From assembly GCA_001777915.1 (NCBI GenBank), contig MFFN01000004.1:425744-489743 (forward strand): DNA of 64,000 nt, read 5' to 3'. Both the position numbers and the translations under genes were made by a program. The DNA is from Candidatus Edwardsbacteria bacterium RifOxyA12_full_54_48 (GTDB lineage: Bacteria; Edwardsbacteria; AC1; EtOH8). Under the pieces are notes generated by a model. The model saw only the letters and a program-made list of their open reading frames with translations, was not told the origin of the DNA and ran no database searches. Below are positions 48,669 through 57,844 of this stretch, in pieces (within the stretch, counting starts at the first letter, position 1; each line of letters begins with the position of its first letter).

Positions 48669-49709
48669 ATGATAGACCTTAAACTGATAGCAGAGATCAC
48701 CAACGCTTTCGGGGTCAGCGGCTGCGAAGGCGAGATCCGCAACATCGTCCGCCAGCACATCACCAAGAACGTGGATGACATCCGGGTGGACGCCCTGGGA
48801 AACCTGATAGCCTACAAAAAAGCCAAGGGGGCAAAATCAGTCCCAAAGAGAACCAAGGTGATGCTGGCCGCCCACATGGACGAGGTGGGATTGATGGTCA
48901 CATCCATCGATAAATCGGGTTTTCTGCAGTTCGACAAGGTGGGGGGGATTGACAATCGGGTGCTGCTGGCCAAGAAGGTGCTGGTGGGAAAGGACCAGAT
49001 CCCCGGGGTGATCGGCTCCAAGGCTATCCATCTCATTGCTCGTAAAGGAGAACTTAAAAAAGTTTCTCCTTACAGCGATCTCTCCATAGACATCGGGGCC
49101 AGCAGCCAAGAGGACGCCCAGAAGTTCGTCTCCCCGGGCGATTATGTGATGTTCAACACCAGGTTCGAGGACTGGGGAAGGACCCTCAAGGCCAAGGCCT
49201 TTGACGATCGGATCGGCTGTTACCTGATAATCGAACTGCTGAAAGGTAAATACCCCTTTGACATCTACGCCGCCTTTACCACCCAGGAGGAGGTCGGCTT
49301 GCGGGGCGGCCGGGTGGCGGCCTATAAGGACGAGCCGGACATGGCCTTCATCCTGGAGGGCACCGGGGCCGGGGACATGCCCCAGCCCAAGGAGCGGGAC
49401 GAAAGCCTGGTGCCGGGACTGGGCCTGGGGCCGGTGATCACAATCATGGACCGCTCGGTGTTCTGCGACCAGGGCTTGGTGAAACTGCTGACCGACACCG
49501 CCCGGGCCAATCGGATCCCCCATCAGATCAAACGGCCCGGAATAGGCGGCACCGATGCCGGACGGATCCACCTGAGCAAGGGCGGCGTCCCCTCGGTGGT
49601 GCTGGCCATCCCCTCGCGCTACATCCACTCGCCGGTGTGCCTGTCCAGCAAAAAGGACATCCAGAACGCCCTGCGGCTGATGCAGCTGGCCCTGAAGAGG
49701 GTCAAATAA
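48669..49709 (+). CDS. M42-family aminopeptidase, paralog 2 (start at MIDLK; the ORF is open from 48588)
   Basis: MLAAHMDEVGLMVTSID, TTQEEVGLRGGRVAA, conserved C-terminal GGTDAGRIHL. Confidence 0.8.
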   Translation: MIDLKLIAEITNAFGVSGCEGEIRNIVRQHITKNVDDIRVDALGNLIAYKKAKGAKSVPKRTKVMLAAHMDEVGLMVTSIDKSGFLQFDKVGGIDNRVLLAKKVLVGKDQIPGVIGSKAIHLIARKGELKKVSPYSDLSIDIGASSQEDAQKFVSPGDYVMFNTRFEDWGRTLKAKAFDDRIGCYLIIELLKGKYPFDIYAAFTTQEEVGLRGGRVAAYKDEPDMAFILEGTGAGDMPQPKERDESLVPGLGLGPVITIMDRSVFCDQGLVKLLTDTARANRIPHQIKRPGIGGTDAGRIHLSKGGVPSVVLAIPSRYIHSPVCLSSKKDIQNALRLMQLALKRVK

Positions 49710-49767
49710 AAAAAGAGAGCCGGGGGCTCCCATTAAAGATCGTCGTTTATTGAATATCGGCGGCTGT

Positions 49768-50124
49768 TCATACCGCCGCAGCTATCTGCTCCAGAAGTTT
49801 TAGGGTGTCGAAAGGCTTGGAGACCACGTCTATCACGTTGAACTTTCCGGCCCGGGCCCGCAGCTCGGGGCTGCCGAAGGCGGTGATGATGATCACCGGA
49901 AGCTCCGGCCAGCGGTGACGGACCTCGCACAGCACCTCGATGCCGTCCATGCCGGGCAGCATGTAGTCCAGCAGCAGCAGGTCGGCCGCTTTTTTGCCCA
50001 TCTGCTCCAAGCCGCCCGGGCCGTCGTAGGCCACCATGGCCTCGTACCCCTCGGACTCCAGCAGGGTGGTCATCATCTCCCCCACTGCCGGCTCGTCGTC
50101 GATGATCATTATTTTCTTGTTCAT
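49768..50124 (-). CDS. Single-domain response-regulator receiver (CheY-like)
   Basis: MIIDDEPAV...LLLLDYMLPGMDG...PVIIITAFG...K: phospho-acceptor Asp, T/K positions all present. 118 aa. Confidence 0.8.
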   Translation of the reverse strand: MNKKIMIIDDEPAVGEMMTTLLESEGYEAMVAYDGPGGLEQMGKKAADLLLLDYMLPGMDGIEVLCEVRHRWPELPVIIITAFGSPELRARAGKFNVIDVVSKPFDTLKLLEQIAAAV

Positions 50125-50282
50125 CCGCTCTCCAGAAATGATACTGTCGGGGCTGCCGCCCCTTAACTGACCAATCAGTATATAACAATTTTTTTTACAA
50201 AGTCAAGCTTTTTCTGATCCGGCCAATACCCGCCGGGAACTTCTGCCGGATGATGTTGCGCCCCAAGCCCAGGATTTTATCA

Positions 50283-50311
50283 TTGACAGAGGGGACAAAA
50301 AGCCATAATAT
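50283..50311 (+). promoter_or_regulatory. Consensus-like sigma70 promoter TTGACA-N17-TAATAT upstream of M42 paralog 3
   Basis: TTGACA at 50283..50288, 17-nt spacer, TAATAT at 50306..50311. 68 bp upstream of the ATG at 50379. Confidence 0.45.
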
Positions 50312-50378
50312 TAACCGTTGCCCCTCGGTTTAACAGCTATTTATAAAAAAAAGACAACCCTTTATAAGGAAATATTTA

Positions 50379-51383
50379 ATGAAAGACATCATCAAAAGAC
50401 TCACCGAGACCTACGGCCCGTCCGGCAGCGAAAGGCAGATCCGGGAGCAGATCAAAAAAGAGATCCGGGGGCTGGCCGACCAGGTCAGCACCGATGTGCT
50501 GGGCAACCTGATAGCGATCAAGAAGGGCAAGGGCTCCCGGGTGATGGTGGCGGCCCATATGGACGAGATCGGGTTCATCGTTACCCATATAGACAAGAAC
50601 GGCTTCCTGCGCTTCTCCAACATCGGCGGGATCTACCCCTATAATATCATCGCCCAGCGGGTGATATTCGAGAACGGCCTTATCGGCACCATCAACGAGG
50701 AGCGTTCGGAGAAACCGGCCGATCCCCGGCGGCTGGACCGGATGTATATCGACATCGGCGTCAAGGATCATAAACAGGCCTCTGCCAGGGTATCGGTGGG
50801 CGACGTGGCCGGGTTTCACCGGAGCTGCGAATTCCTGGGCGACCGGGTCGTCGCCAAATCAATGGATGACCGGATCGGCTGCGCCATCATGATCGAGGCC
50901 ATGAAACAGCTTAAGAAAAGCCCCAACCAGATATATTTCGTTTTCACCACCCAGGAGGAGGTGGGGCTGCGGGGGGCCACCACCGCCGCTTTCGGGGTGG
51001 CCCCGGACCTGGGGATAGCGGTGGATATCACCGGAGCCTTCGATACTCCCGAGGAGAAGCCCAAGCTGCCTTCGGTGCTGGGAAAGGGGACCGCCATCAA
51101 GATCAAGGATGCCGGGATGCTGGCCCATCCGGGGGTGAAAAAACTGCTGGTGGATACCGCCCGGGCCGGCCGGATCCCCTACCAGTTTGACATCCTGGAG
51201 GGCGGGACCACCGACGGATCGGTGATCAACAAGACCAAGTCCGGCATTCCCACCGGGGTGCTGTCAGTACCCACCAGGTATGCCCACTCGGCCTCGGAGA
51301 TGGTGGATATGATTGACGTTAAAGCCACGGTGGACCTGCTGGTCAAAGTGCTCTCATCGAACCTCAGGGCCAAGGGATTCTAA
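50379..51383 (+). CDS. M42-family aminopeptidase, paralog 3
   Basis: MVAAHMDEIGFIVTHID, FTTQEEVGLRGATTAA, GGTTDGS. 334 aa. Confidence 0.8.
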   Translation: MKDIIKRLTETYGPSGSERQIREQIKKEIRGLADQVSTDVLGNLIAIKKGKGSRVMVAAHMDEIGFIVTHIDKNGFLRFSNIGGIYPYNIIAQRVIFENGLIGTINEERSEKPADPRRLDRMYIDIGVKDHKQASARVSVGDVAGFHRSCEFLGDRVVAKSMDDRIGCAIMIEAMKQLKKSPNQIYFVFTTQEEVGLRGATTAAFGVAPDLGIAVDITGAFDTPEEKPKLPSVLGKGTAIKIKDAGMLAHPGVKKLLVDTARAGRIPYQFDILEGGTTDGSVINKTKSGIPTGVLSVPTRYAHSASEMVDMIDVKATVDLLVKVLSSNLRAKGF

Positions 51384-51422
51384 TCCCAAATTTTTTAATT
51401 CCAAGGTTGATATTGTATAAAA

Positions 51423-52214
51423 ATGAAGAAACGGGAACGGTACATATCGTTGATCATTGCGCCGCATCATAAGGCCCAGCCCTGGCAGATGGATATCTCT
51501 TACACTAATCTGAAGCGCATCGCTGTTCTGCTGTCGGTGTTGTTGCTGGTGGCGGTATTTTTCGTCTTCAATTACGGCCATATTTTCTGGCGAGCCAGCC
51601 AGTACGAGATCATGAAAAAAAGGACCCGGGAGGTGGAGGAAAAATTCAGCGAGATCCAGGCCCTGAAAAGTGAGCTCTCCTCCCTAAAAAGGACCGAAGC
51701 AAAGTTACAGCACATGCTGGGCATCTCCCAGCAGCCGGTCCTGCTTTCCCTGGACGACATTACCCGGAATACCTCTTTAAATGCCTCGGTTTCCGGAGAC
51801 CCGGCTCTTTTGAGCAACTCCGAAGATACGTTATCGGTGAGCCTCGAACGTTCGACCCCCAGCATCATGCCGGTCAAGGGATGGGTCTCTGCAAAAATGG
51901 GAGACCATCATAACGGGGTTGATATCGCCGCCCGGGAGGGCGCTCCGGTGGTGTCGGCGGCCGACGGCATAGTCACCTTTGCCGGGTGGGATAATTATTT
52001 CGGAAACAAGGTGGAGGTATCCCACGGCCAGAAATTCAGCACCATGTACGGACACAACGCCAAACTTTTCGTCAAAGAAAAACAGGCCGTCAAGCAGGGG
52101 CAGGTGATCGCGCTGGTGGGCTCCACCGGACAAAGCTCCGGCCCCCACCTGCATTACGAGGTCCGGATCAACGGCAAACCGGTCGACCCATCCTATCACT
52201 GGATAAATCATTGA
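51423..52214 (+). CDS. M23-family (LytM-like) metallopeptidase with N-terminal TM anchor and coiled-coil
   Basis: HxxxD and HxH contexts: GVDIAAREGAPVVSAADGIV ... MYGHNAK ... GSTGQSSGPHLHYEVRINGKPVDP. Confidence 0.8.
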   Translation: MKKRERYISLIIAPHHKAQPWQMDISYTNLKRIAVLLSVLLLVAVFFVFNYGHIFWRASQYEIMKKRTREVEEKFSEIQALKSELSSLKRTEAKLQHMLGISQQPVLLSLDDITRNTSLNASVSGDPALLSNSEDTLSVSLERSTPSIMPVKGWVSAKMGDHHNGVDIAAREGAPVVSAADGIVTFAGWDNYFGNKVEVSHGQKFSTMYGHNAKLFVKEKQAVKQGQVIALVGSTGQSSGPHLHYEVRINGKPVDPSYHWINH

Positions 52215-52234
52215 CCGAAACTATAAAATTTCTC

Positions 52235-52263
52235 TTGACAATTTGGGACTAACCTGATATATT
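52235..52263 (+). promoter_or_regulatory. Candidate dnaA promoter TTGACA-N17-TATATT
   Basis: -35 TTGACA 52235..52240, 17-nt spacer, -10 TATATT 52258..52263, upstream of the DnaA-box cluster. Confidence 0.4.
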
Positions 52264-52348
52264 TACCAAGCTGACAAATAAATACGTATCCCCTTTATGA
52301 AATCGCGGACTTTATTTCCGTGGTTTCTTTTTGTTTTTATAGCCATCC

Positions 52349-52614
52349 TGTGGAAAACCTTGTGGATAACTTACCCCCAACGGTGTTTCGTATTAAGTCC
52401 TTGTTAAATCAAAAATTAGCCACAATTCTGGTTGTGTGGATAAACAATAAATAATCATTTAGATATTTATGTTAATTGTTCTATTGCAATGCATTATGCT
52501 GATTGACCACCTGTGGATAAATATGTTAAGAACCCGTAAATAGCGTTACCAGTAGTATATTAACTAGCAACCCTCAACAACCATTAAAAACACTGACTTT
52601 CTGATTGTGGATAT
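52349..52614 (+). other. oriC: DnaA-box cluster (candidate oriC / dnaA autoregulatory region)
   Basis: Three perfect TGTGGATAA boxes (complement of TTATCCACA) at 52361..52369, 52435..52443 and 52512..52520. One-mismatch boxes at 52349..52357 (TGTGGAAAA) and 52606..52614 (TGTGGATAT). All same orientation. AT-rich stretch 52440..52500. Directly upstream of dnaA. Confidence 0.7.
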
Positions 52615-52617
52615 CCT

Positions 52618-53958
52618 ATGAATCAACAAATACAAGCGCTGTGGGCCCAGTCCCAGGACAGGATCAAGGAACGGATAGGTTCCCAGAGTTTTGACACCTG
52701 GATAAAGCCGCTGACAGCCATGACGGTGGGCGATGACAGCCTGACCCTAAAGGTTCCCAACCACTTTTTTGTGGAATGGCTGGGGCAGCACTACCTTAAT
52801 ATGATGAAAGAGGTGGTTTCGGATATCTTTCATAAGCCCCTCTCCATAGTCCTGGTCCCTCCGGTGGGGGAAACTCAGGCCGCCGCCCGCCAGAAACCGG
52901 ATAGAACCGAATTTGTCCCGGCCCATCCGACCAGCGATAGCGGCCTCCGGGAGAGATATATCTTCGACACCTTCGTCATAGGAAAAAGCAACGAGTTCGC
53001 CTACGCCACCGCTTTCGCCACCGCCCAGGATCCCGGAAAACTGTACAACCCGCTGTTCATCTATGGCGGGGTGGGGCTGGGAAAGACCCATCTGATGCAG
53101 GCTATCGGCCATTTTACCAAGAGCAAGAGACCAAAGGCCCGGGTGCTGTACATACCGGCCGAGAATCTGATGAACGAGCTGGTCTATGCCATTCAGAACC
53201 GCAAGATGCTGGAGTTCAAAAATCGTTATCGTTCGCTGGATATCCTACTGCTGGACGATGTCCAATTCCTGTCAGAAAAATCCGGCCTGCAGGAGGAGAT
53301 CTTTCATACTTTCAATTCGCTGTACGACGCCCGCAAACAGATCGTCCTGACCTCCGATCGGCCGCCCAAGGATATATCCCACCTGGAGGAGCGCCTGGTA
53401 TCACGCTTTCAAAGCGGACTGGTGGCCGATATTCAGGCTCCGGACCTGGAGACCAGGGCGGCTATCTTAAAGAAAAAAGCCGAGTTGGACGGCCTCTCCA
53501 TTCCCAACGACGTCATCTATTTCATTGCCTCCTCGGTCAAATCAAACATCCGTGAGCTGGAGGGTTCATTGATAAGGGTAGTGGCCTTTTCCTCGGTGTC
53601 GGACCAGGAGCTGACGGTGGATTTCGCCCGCGAGGTCCTTAAGAACATCATCTCCCAGAAATCACGGCTGATATCCATCGAACTTATTCAGAAAATAGTG
53701 GCTAACTACTATTCCATACCCGAAGAGGCCCTCAAATCAAAAAGGAGGATCAAAAAACTGGTGCTGCCCAGGCAGCTGGCCATGTATCTGAGCCGGGAAC
53801 TGACCGCCGCCTCCCTCAACGACATCGGCAACCGCTTCGGCGGAAAGGACCACACCACGGTGCTGCATGCCATATCAAAGATAAAGAAAATGATAGCCTC
53901 GGACGATGAGATAACCTCTCAGGCCGATAGGATAACTGAGTTGATCAATGGTGGATAG
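52618..53958 (+). CDS. dnaA: Chromosomal replication initiator protein DnaA
   Basis: AAA+ Walker A GGVGLGKTHL, Walker B LLLDDVQFL, sensor/box VII, C-terminal DNA-binding helix (LSRELTAASLNDIGNRFGGKDHTTVLHA). Confidence 0.92.
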   Translation: MNQQIQALWAQSQDRIKERIGSQSFDTWIKPLTAMTVGDDSLTLKVPNHFFVEWLGQHYLNMMKEVVSDIFHKPLSIVLVPPVGETQAAARQKPDRTEFVPAHPTSDSGLRERYIFDTFVIGKSNEFAYATAFATAQDPGKLYNPLFIYGGVGLGKTHLMQAIGHFTKSKRPKARVLYIPAENLMNELVYAIQNRKMLEFKNRYRSLDILLLDDVQFLSEKSGLQEEIFHTFNSLYDARKQIVLTSDRPPKDISHLEERLVSRFQSGLVADIQAPDLETRAAILKKKAELDGLSIPNDVIYFIASSVKSNIRELEGSLIRVVAFSSVSDQELTVDFAREVLKNIISQKSRLISIELIQKIVANYYSIPEEALKSKRRIKKLVLPRQLAMYLSRELTAASLNDIGNRFGGKDHTTVLHAISKIKKMIASDDEITSQADRITELINGG

Positions 53959-54202
53959 AACCTTGATCTCTGCATTTAGCCCCTGCTTAATGTTGATCAC
54001 TGTTGACAACAGCGGCGGATATCAACAGCCGATCAAAAACATATCCCCATGATATACATTCTTTATTATTTTAAACAGCATGGCTTTATGCCAATCCCAC
54101 AACAATATCAAGAAATACTATTGACTTTTATTATAATTTAGATATATCATATATTAGTTATTAAGTATAAATTTAAAACCAGAAATTTGGAGCCGGGATC
54201 AA

Positions 54203-55312
54203 ATGAAATTTTCCGTTAACCAGGAGAAACTTTTCACCTGCCTGCAGAGCCTGATCGGGGTGGTGCCAACCAAGAGCACTTTTCCGGTCCTTACCAATAT
54301 CCTGATAGAGGCCAATAATAATAAGCTGAAATTATCTGCCACCGATCTCGAGATAGCGGCCGTAACCCAGATTGATGCCCAGACCGCTGGTAATGGTTCC
54401 ATCACCGTGCCGGCCAAACAGTTCTTCGAGATAATAAAGCAACTGCCGCCATTGAATATAGATCTGGATGTCAACGGCAATAAAGTGTCCATTAAATGTG
54501 ACCGCAGCCGATTCAATATCATTGGTCTCCCCAAGGAGGACTTTCCCAAGATACCGGAGATCAGCAAGGAGAAGAGCGTCAAACTCAGCAGCGGTATTCT
54601 GCAGAACATCATCAAAAAGACCTTGTTTGCTGTATCCACCGACAGCTCCCGTCCGGACCTGTGCGGGGTTTTCCTTCAGATGAGCGGCGATAAGCTGAAA
54701 GTGGTCACTACCGACGCCCACCGGTTGGCCATGCTGGAGACCATGATCCCGCCCATCTCACAGAACAGCGAACTGCTGCTGTCACCCAAAGGTTTGAACA
54801 TTGTCAACCGGATGCTTCCAGGCTCGGATACCGAGATCACGTTGCGGTTCGACGACAGCTATTCCCAGTTTAGTTTTGATGACACCCAGGTCTATGCCCG
54901 GCACATCGAGGGACCCTACCGTGATTACGAGAAGGCCATTCCCAAGAACAATAAAAAGACCCTGACCGTCAACGTGGACCTGCTGACCGCGGCGGTGCGC
55001 CGAGTGGCCATACTGTCCGACACCTTCACCCACCAGATCAGGCTTTCATTAAAGGCCGACAGCATCGAGCTCTCCAGCCAGACGGTGGATATCGGAGAGG
55101 CCCGGGAGACCATTGCCGCAGTATTCAAGGGTGAGGAGATGGAGATAGGATACAACGCCAGCTATCTGCTGGACATCATCAAGAACGTGGACTCCGAGGA
55201 GATGGTCTGCTCCCTGAATACCTCGTTGTCGGCCGCCCTGATCAATCCGGCCAAGCAGGCCGAGGACTACAACCTGATGTATCTATTGATGCCCATCCGC
55301 CTTCCGGAATAG
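54203..55312 (+). CDS. dnaN: DNA polymerase III subunit beta (sliding clamp)
   Basis: MKFSVNQEKL...LQSLIGVVPTKSTFPVLTNILIEA opening. Three-domain length (369 aa). Position immediately after dnaA. Confidence 0.9.
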   Translation: MKFSVNQEKLFTCLQSLIGVVPTKSTFPVLTNILIEANNNKLKLSATDLEIAAVTQIDAQTAGNGSITVPAKQFFEIIKQLPPLNIDLDVNGNKVSIKCDRSRFNIIGLPKEDFPKIPEISKEKSVKLSSGILQNIIKKTLFAVSTDSSRPDLCGVFLQMSGDKLKVVTTDAHRLAMLETMIPPISQNSELLLSPKGLNIVNRMLPGSDTEITLRFDDSYSQFSFDDTQVYARHIEGPYRDYEKAIPKNNKKTLTVNVDLLTAAVRRVAILSDTFTHQIRLSLKADSIELSSQTVDIGEARETIAAVFKGEEMEIGYNASYLLDIIKNVDSEEMVCSLNTSLSAALINPAKQAEDYNLMYLLMPIRLPE

Positions 55313-55464
55313 AGGAAAAAGCACCCCAAAAAGGAAGTAAGCATTCTGGCCGGTCTGCACCGGGATTATGACCGATATCAAGCACGGCATAGGGCAGCCG
55401 GGCCGGAAGCCGGACAAGTTGCTTCCTTTTTTCAATCCTAAAAAAAATCAATGACAGGTGAAAA

Positions 55465-57723
55465 TTGGCCGCTGAGCAGAATATCAAACCACAGGAGACC
55501 AGCCTCTACGAGGTGGTGGATCTGCTGTGGAGACGAAAGACCCTGATCCTGGTCTGCCTGGCCGGGATATTGCTGCCCATCATCATCGCCAATTTCACCC
55601 TGCCGCCGGTCTATGAGAGCCAGACCACCATCATCTTCGAGCAAAGCCGGGAGCCTATCGCCGCCTTCGACGTCTCCGACGCTTTCAGCCGTAAGAGCTA
55701 CATCGTCAATCAGATCGAGGAGATCAAGGCTCGGACCCTGGCCGAGGAGGTGGCTCATAAACTGGCTCCCGAGACCGCCGCCGAGATACTCAAAGACCAG
55801 GGCCGGGGCCTGTCCCAGGAGGGGAGACGCCAACTGCTGTCCCAGCGTATAAAGAAAGGCATCTCGGCCGAGCCCATCAGGGACTCCGATGTGATCCTGA
55901 TAAAATTCCAGGGGCCCACTCCGGCCAGCGCCGCCCGGACGGTCAATCTGGTGGCCGAGACGGTCAAGGAGCGCAGCTCCCAGGTCAAGAGGGAGCAGGC
56001 CTCCTCCACCAGAAAATTCATCGAGGTCCAGCTGCCGGCGGTGGAGGCCGGGCTCTACAAGGCCGAGGACGCCATCAAGGGCTTCAAGGCCCGCAACCAG
56101 GTGGTATCGCTGTCCGACGAGGCCCGGGAGGTGCTGGCCCGGATGACCGAGATTGACAAGATGTACGCCGGCACCGTCACCCAGAAGATGGCCCTGGAGA
56201 AGAAACTGGAGGCCATCTACACCAAACTGGAATACAAGCCTGATTTCTCCGAGGGCAGCAGCAAAATGACCTCCGGCGCGGTGGCCGATTCGCTGCGAAA
56301 GAGCCTGTTGGATCTGCAGATCGAGGCCACCCAGCTTTCCATCAAGGGCTACCATCCGGAACACCCCCAGATATACAAACTGAACCGGCAGATCGAGGCC
56401 ACCAAGAACAAGCTGGTGGAGGAGCTGGCCAACATCAGCCGGGGGGGCCAGGCCAAGCCCATGCCGGAGATGTCCGACTTGCTGGCCCAGATACCGCCCC
56501 TCCAAATAGAACTGATCTCCCTGGAGGCCCGGGAGCTGGCCATCCGGGATTTCAACACCGGCTACGAAAGCGATCTCTCCAAGCTGCCCTACAAGGAGCT
56601 GGAGCTGACCCGCCTGCTGCGGGCCAAGGATGTCAACGAGAACATCTATAAGATGCTGCTGGAGAAGTACGAGGAGGCCAAGATCACCGAGGCCGGAAAG
56701 ATCGGCAACGTCCGGGTGATCGACCCGGCCAAGGAGCCGCTTTCGCCCATCAAGCCCCGCAAGGCACTGAATCTCCTGATCGGGCTGGTGGTGGGGCTGG
56801 TGCTGGGGGTGGGCCTGTCATTCTTCCTGGACTCCATGGACAATTCGGTCAAGACCGCCGAGGAGATCGAGACCAATTTCGGGATACCGGTGCTGGGGCT
56901 GATTCCCAGTATCCAGTCCGAGGGCCCCCGCAAGAAGAAGCGCAACGGCCGGGACGAGATCTCCAAGATCGCCTCCACCCTGGTGACCAAATACACCCCC
57001 CGCTCGCCCATCTCCGAGGCCTACCGGGCCATTCGGACCAACATCCAATTCTCCAAGATCGACGCTCCGCTGCGCTCCATAGTGGTGACCTCGGCCGCGC
57101 CCTCGGAGGGCAAGTCCACCACCGTGGCCAACCTGGCCTTCACCACCGCCCTGGCCGGGGCCAAGACCCTGCTGATAGACGCCGACCTGCGGCGCCCGGT
57201 GGTCCACTCGCTGTTCGGGCTGGAGCGGGAGCCGGGCATGACCAACATCCTGGCCGAGCGGCTGGCCCCGGAGAAGGTGATCAAGCCCTCCGGGGTGGAG
57301 AACCTGGACATTCTGACCTGCGGGGCCATCCCCCCCAACCCCTCGGAGCTTTTGGGCTCCCAGAGGATGAAGGAGCTGGTCCAGCAGTTGAAGGCCAAGT
57401 ACGACCTGGTGCTGTTCGACAGCCCGCCGGTGATCACCGTCACCGACACCGCTGTGCTGTCCAACCAGGTGGAGGGGGTGGTGCTGGTGGTGCTCTCCCA
57501 CGGCACCGATCGCCGGGCCCTGGCCAGGGCCAAGAGCCTGCTGAGCAACGTCAACGCCAATATCCTGGGATCGATCCTCAATAAGATCGACCTGACCGGG
57601 ATCGGCTCCAGCTACGATTACTACTATCACTACCATTATTACTACTACAGCGATGATGGCCAGAACGTCAAGCGCAAGGGAAGATTCTGGGACATCCTGC
57701 GTCCCGGGGGCCGGCGGGGATAG
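55465..57723 (+). CDS. Polysaccharide co-polymerase / tyrosine autokinase (Wzc/EpsB-type BY-kinase); ORF track places the start at TTG
   Basis: N-terminal Wzz-like TM + periplasmic coiled-coil region, second TM (LLIGLVVGLVLGVGLSFFL). Cytoplasmic P-loop kinase domain (Walker A SAAPSEGKSTTVANLA, Walker A' / B). C-terminal Tyr cluster YDYYYHYHYYYY. Confidence 0.8.
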   Translation: MAAEQNIKPQETSLYEVVDLLWRRKTLILVCLAGILLPIIIANFTLPPVYESQTTIIFEQSREPIAAFDVSDAFSRKSYIVNQIEEIKARTLAEEVAHKLAPETAAEILKDQGRGLSQEGRRQLLSQRIKKGISAEPIRDSDVILIKFQGPTPASAARTVNLVAETVKERSSQVKREQASSTRKFIEVQLPAVEAGLYKAEDAIKGFKARNQVVSLSDEAREVLARMTEIDKMYAGTVTQKMALEKKLEAIYTKLEYKPDFSEGSSKMTSGAVADSLRKSLLDLQIEATQLSIKGYHPEHPQIYKLNRQIEATKNKLVEELANISRGGQAKPMPEMSDLLAQIPPLQIELISLEARELAIRDFNTGYESDLSKLPYKELELTRLLRAKDVNENIYKMLLEKYEEAKITEAGKIGNVRVIDPAKEPLSPIKPRKALNLLIGLVVGLVLGVGLSFFLDSMDNSVKTAEEIETNFGIPVLGLIPSIQSEGPRKKKRNGRDEISKIASTLVTKYTPRSPISEAYRAIRTNIQFSKIDAPLRSIVVTSAAPSEGKSTTVANLAFTTALAGAKTLLIDADLRRPVVHSLFGLEREPGMTNILAERLAPEKVIKPSGVENLDILTCGAIPPNPSELLGSQRMKELVQQLKAKYDLVLFDSPPVITVTDTAVLSNQVEGVVLVVLSHGTDRRALARAKSLLSNVNANILGSILNKIDLTGIGSSYDYYYHYHYYYYSDDGQNVKRKGRFWDILRPGGRRG

Positions 57724-57844
57724 AGGTGCTTGGGCGGACCACACCCCACCCTCCCCTAAAGCATTAGGAGAGGGAATAATTTAGCCTTGCGGCTCTGCGG
57801 TAAAAACTTTTCAACAATCATTCAATAACATAATATAGCCAGAA

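Noticed and set aside
53959-54202. DnaA boxes inside the dnaA-dnaN spacer
   Set aside because: Best candidates have 2 or more mismatches to TTATCCACA. The region is AT-rich but boxless by eye, so only proposed as a possible DUE.
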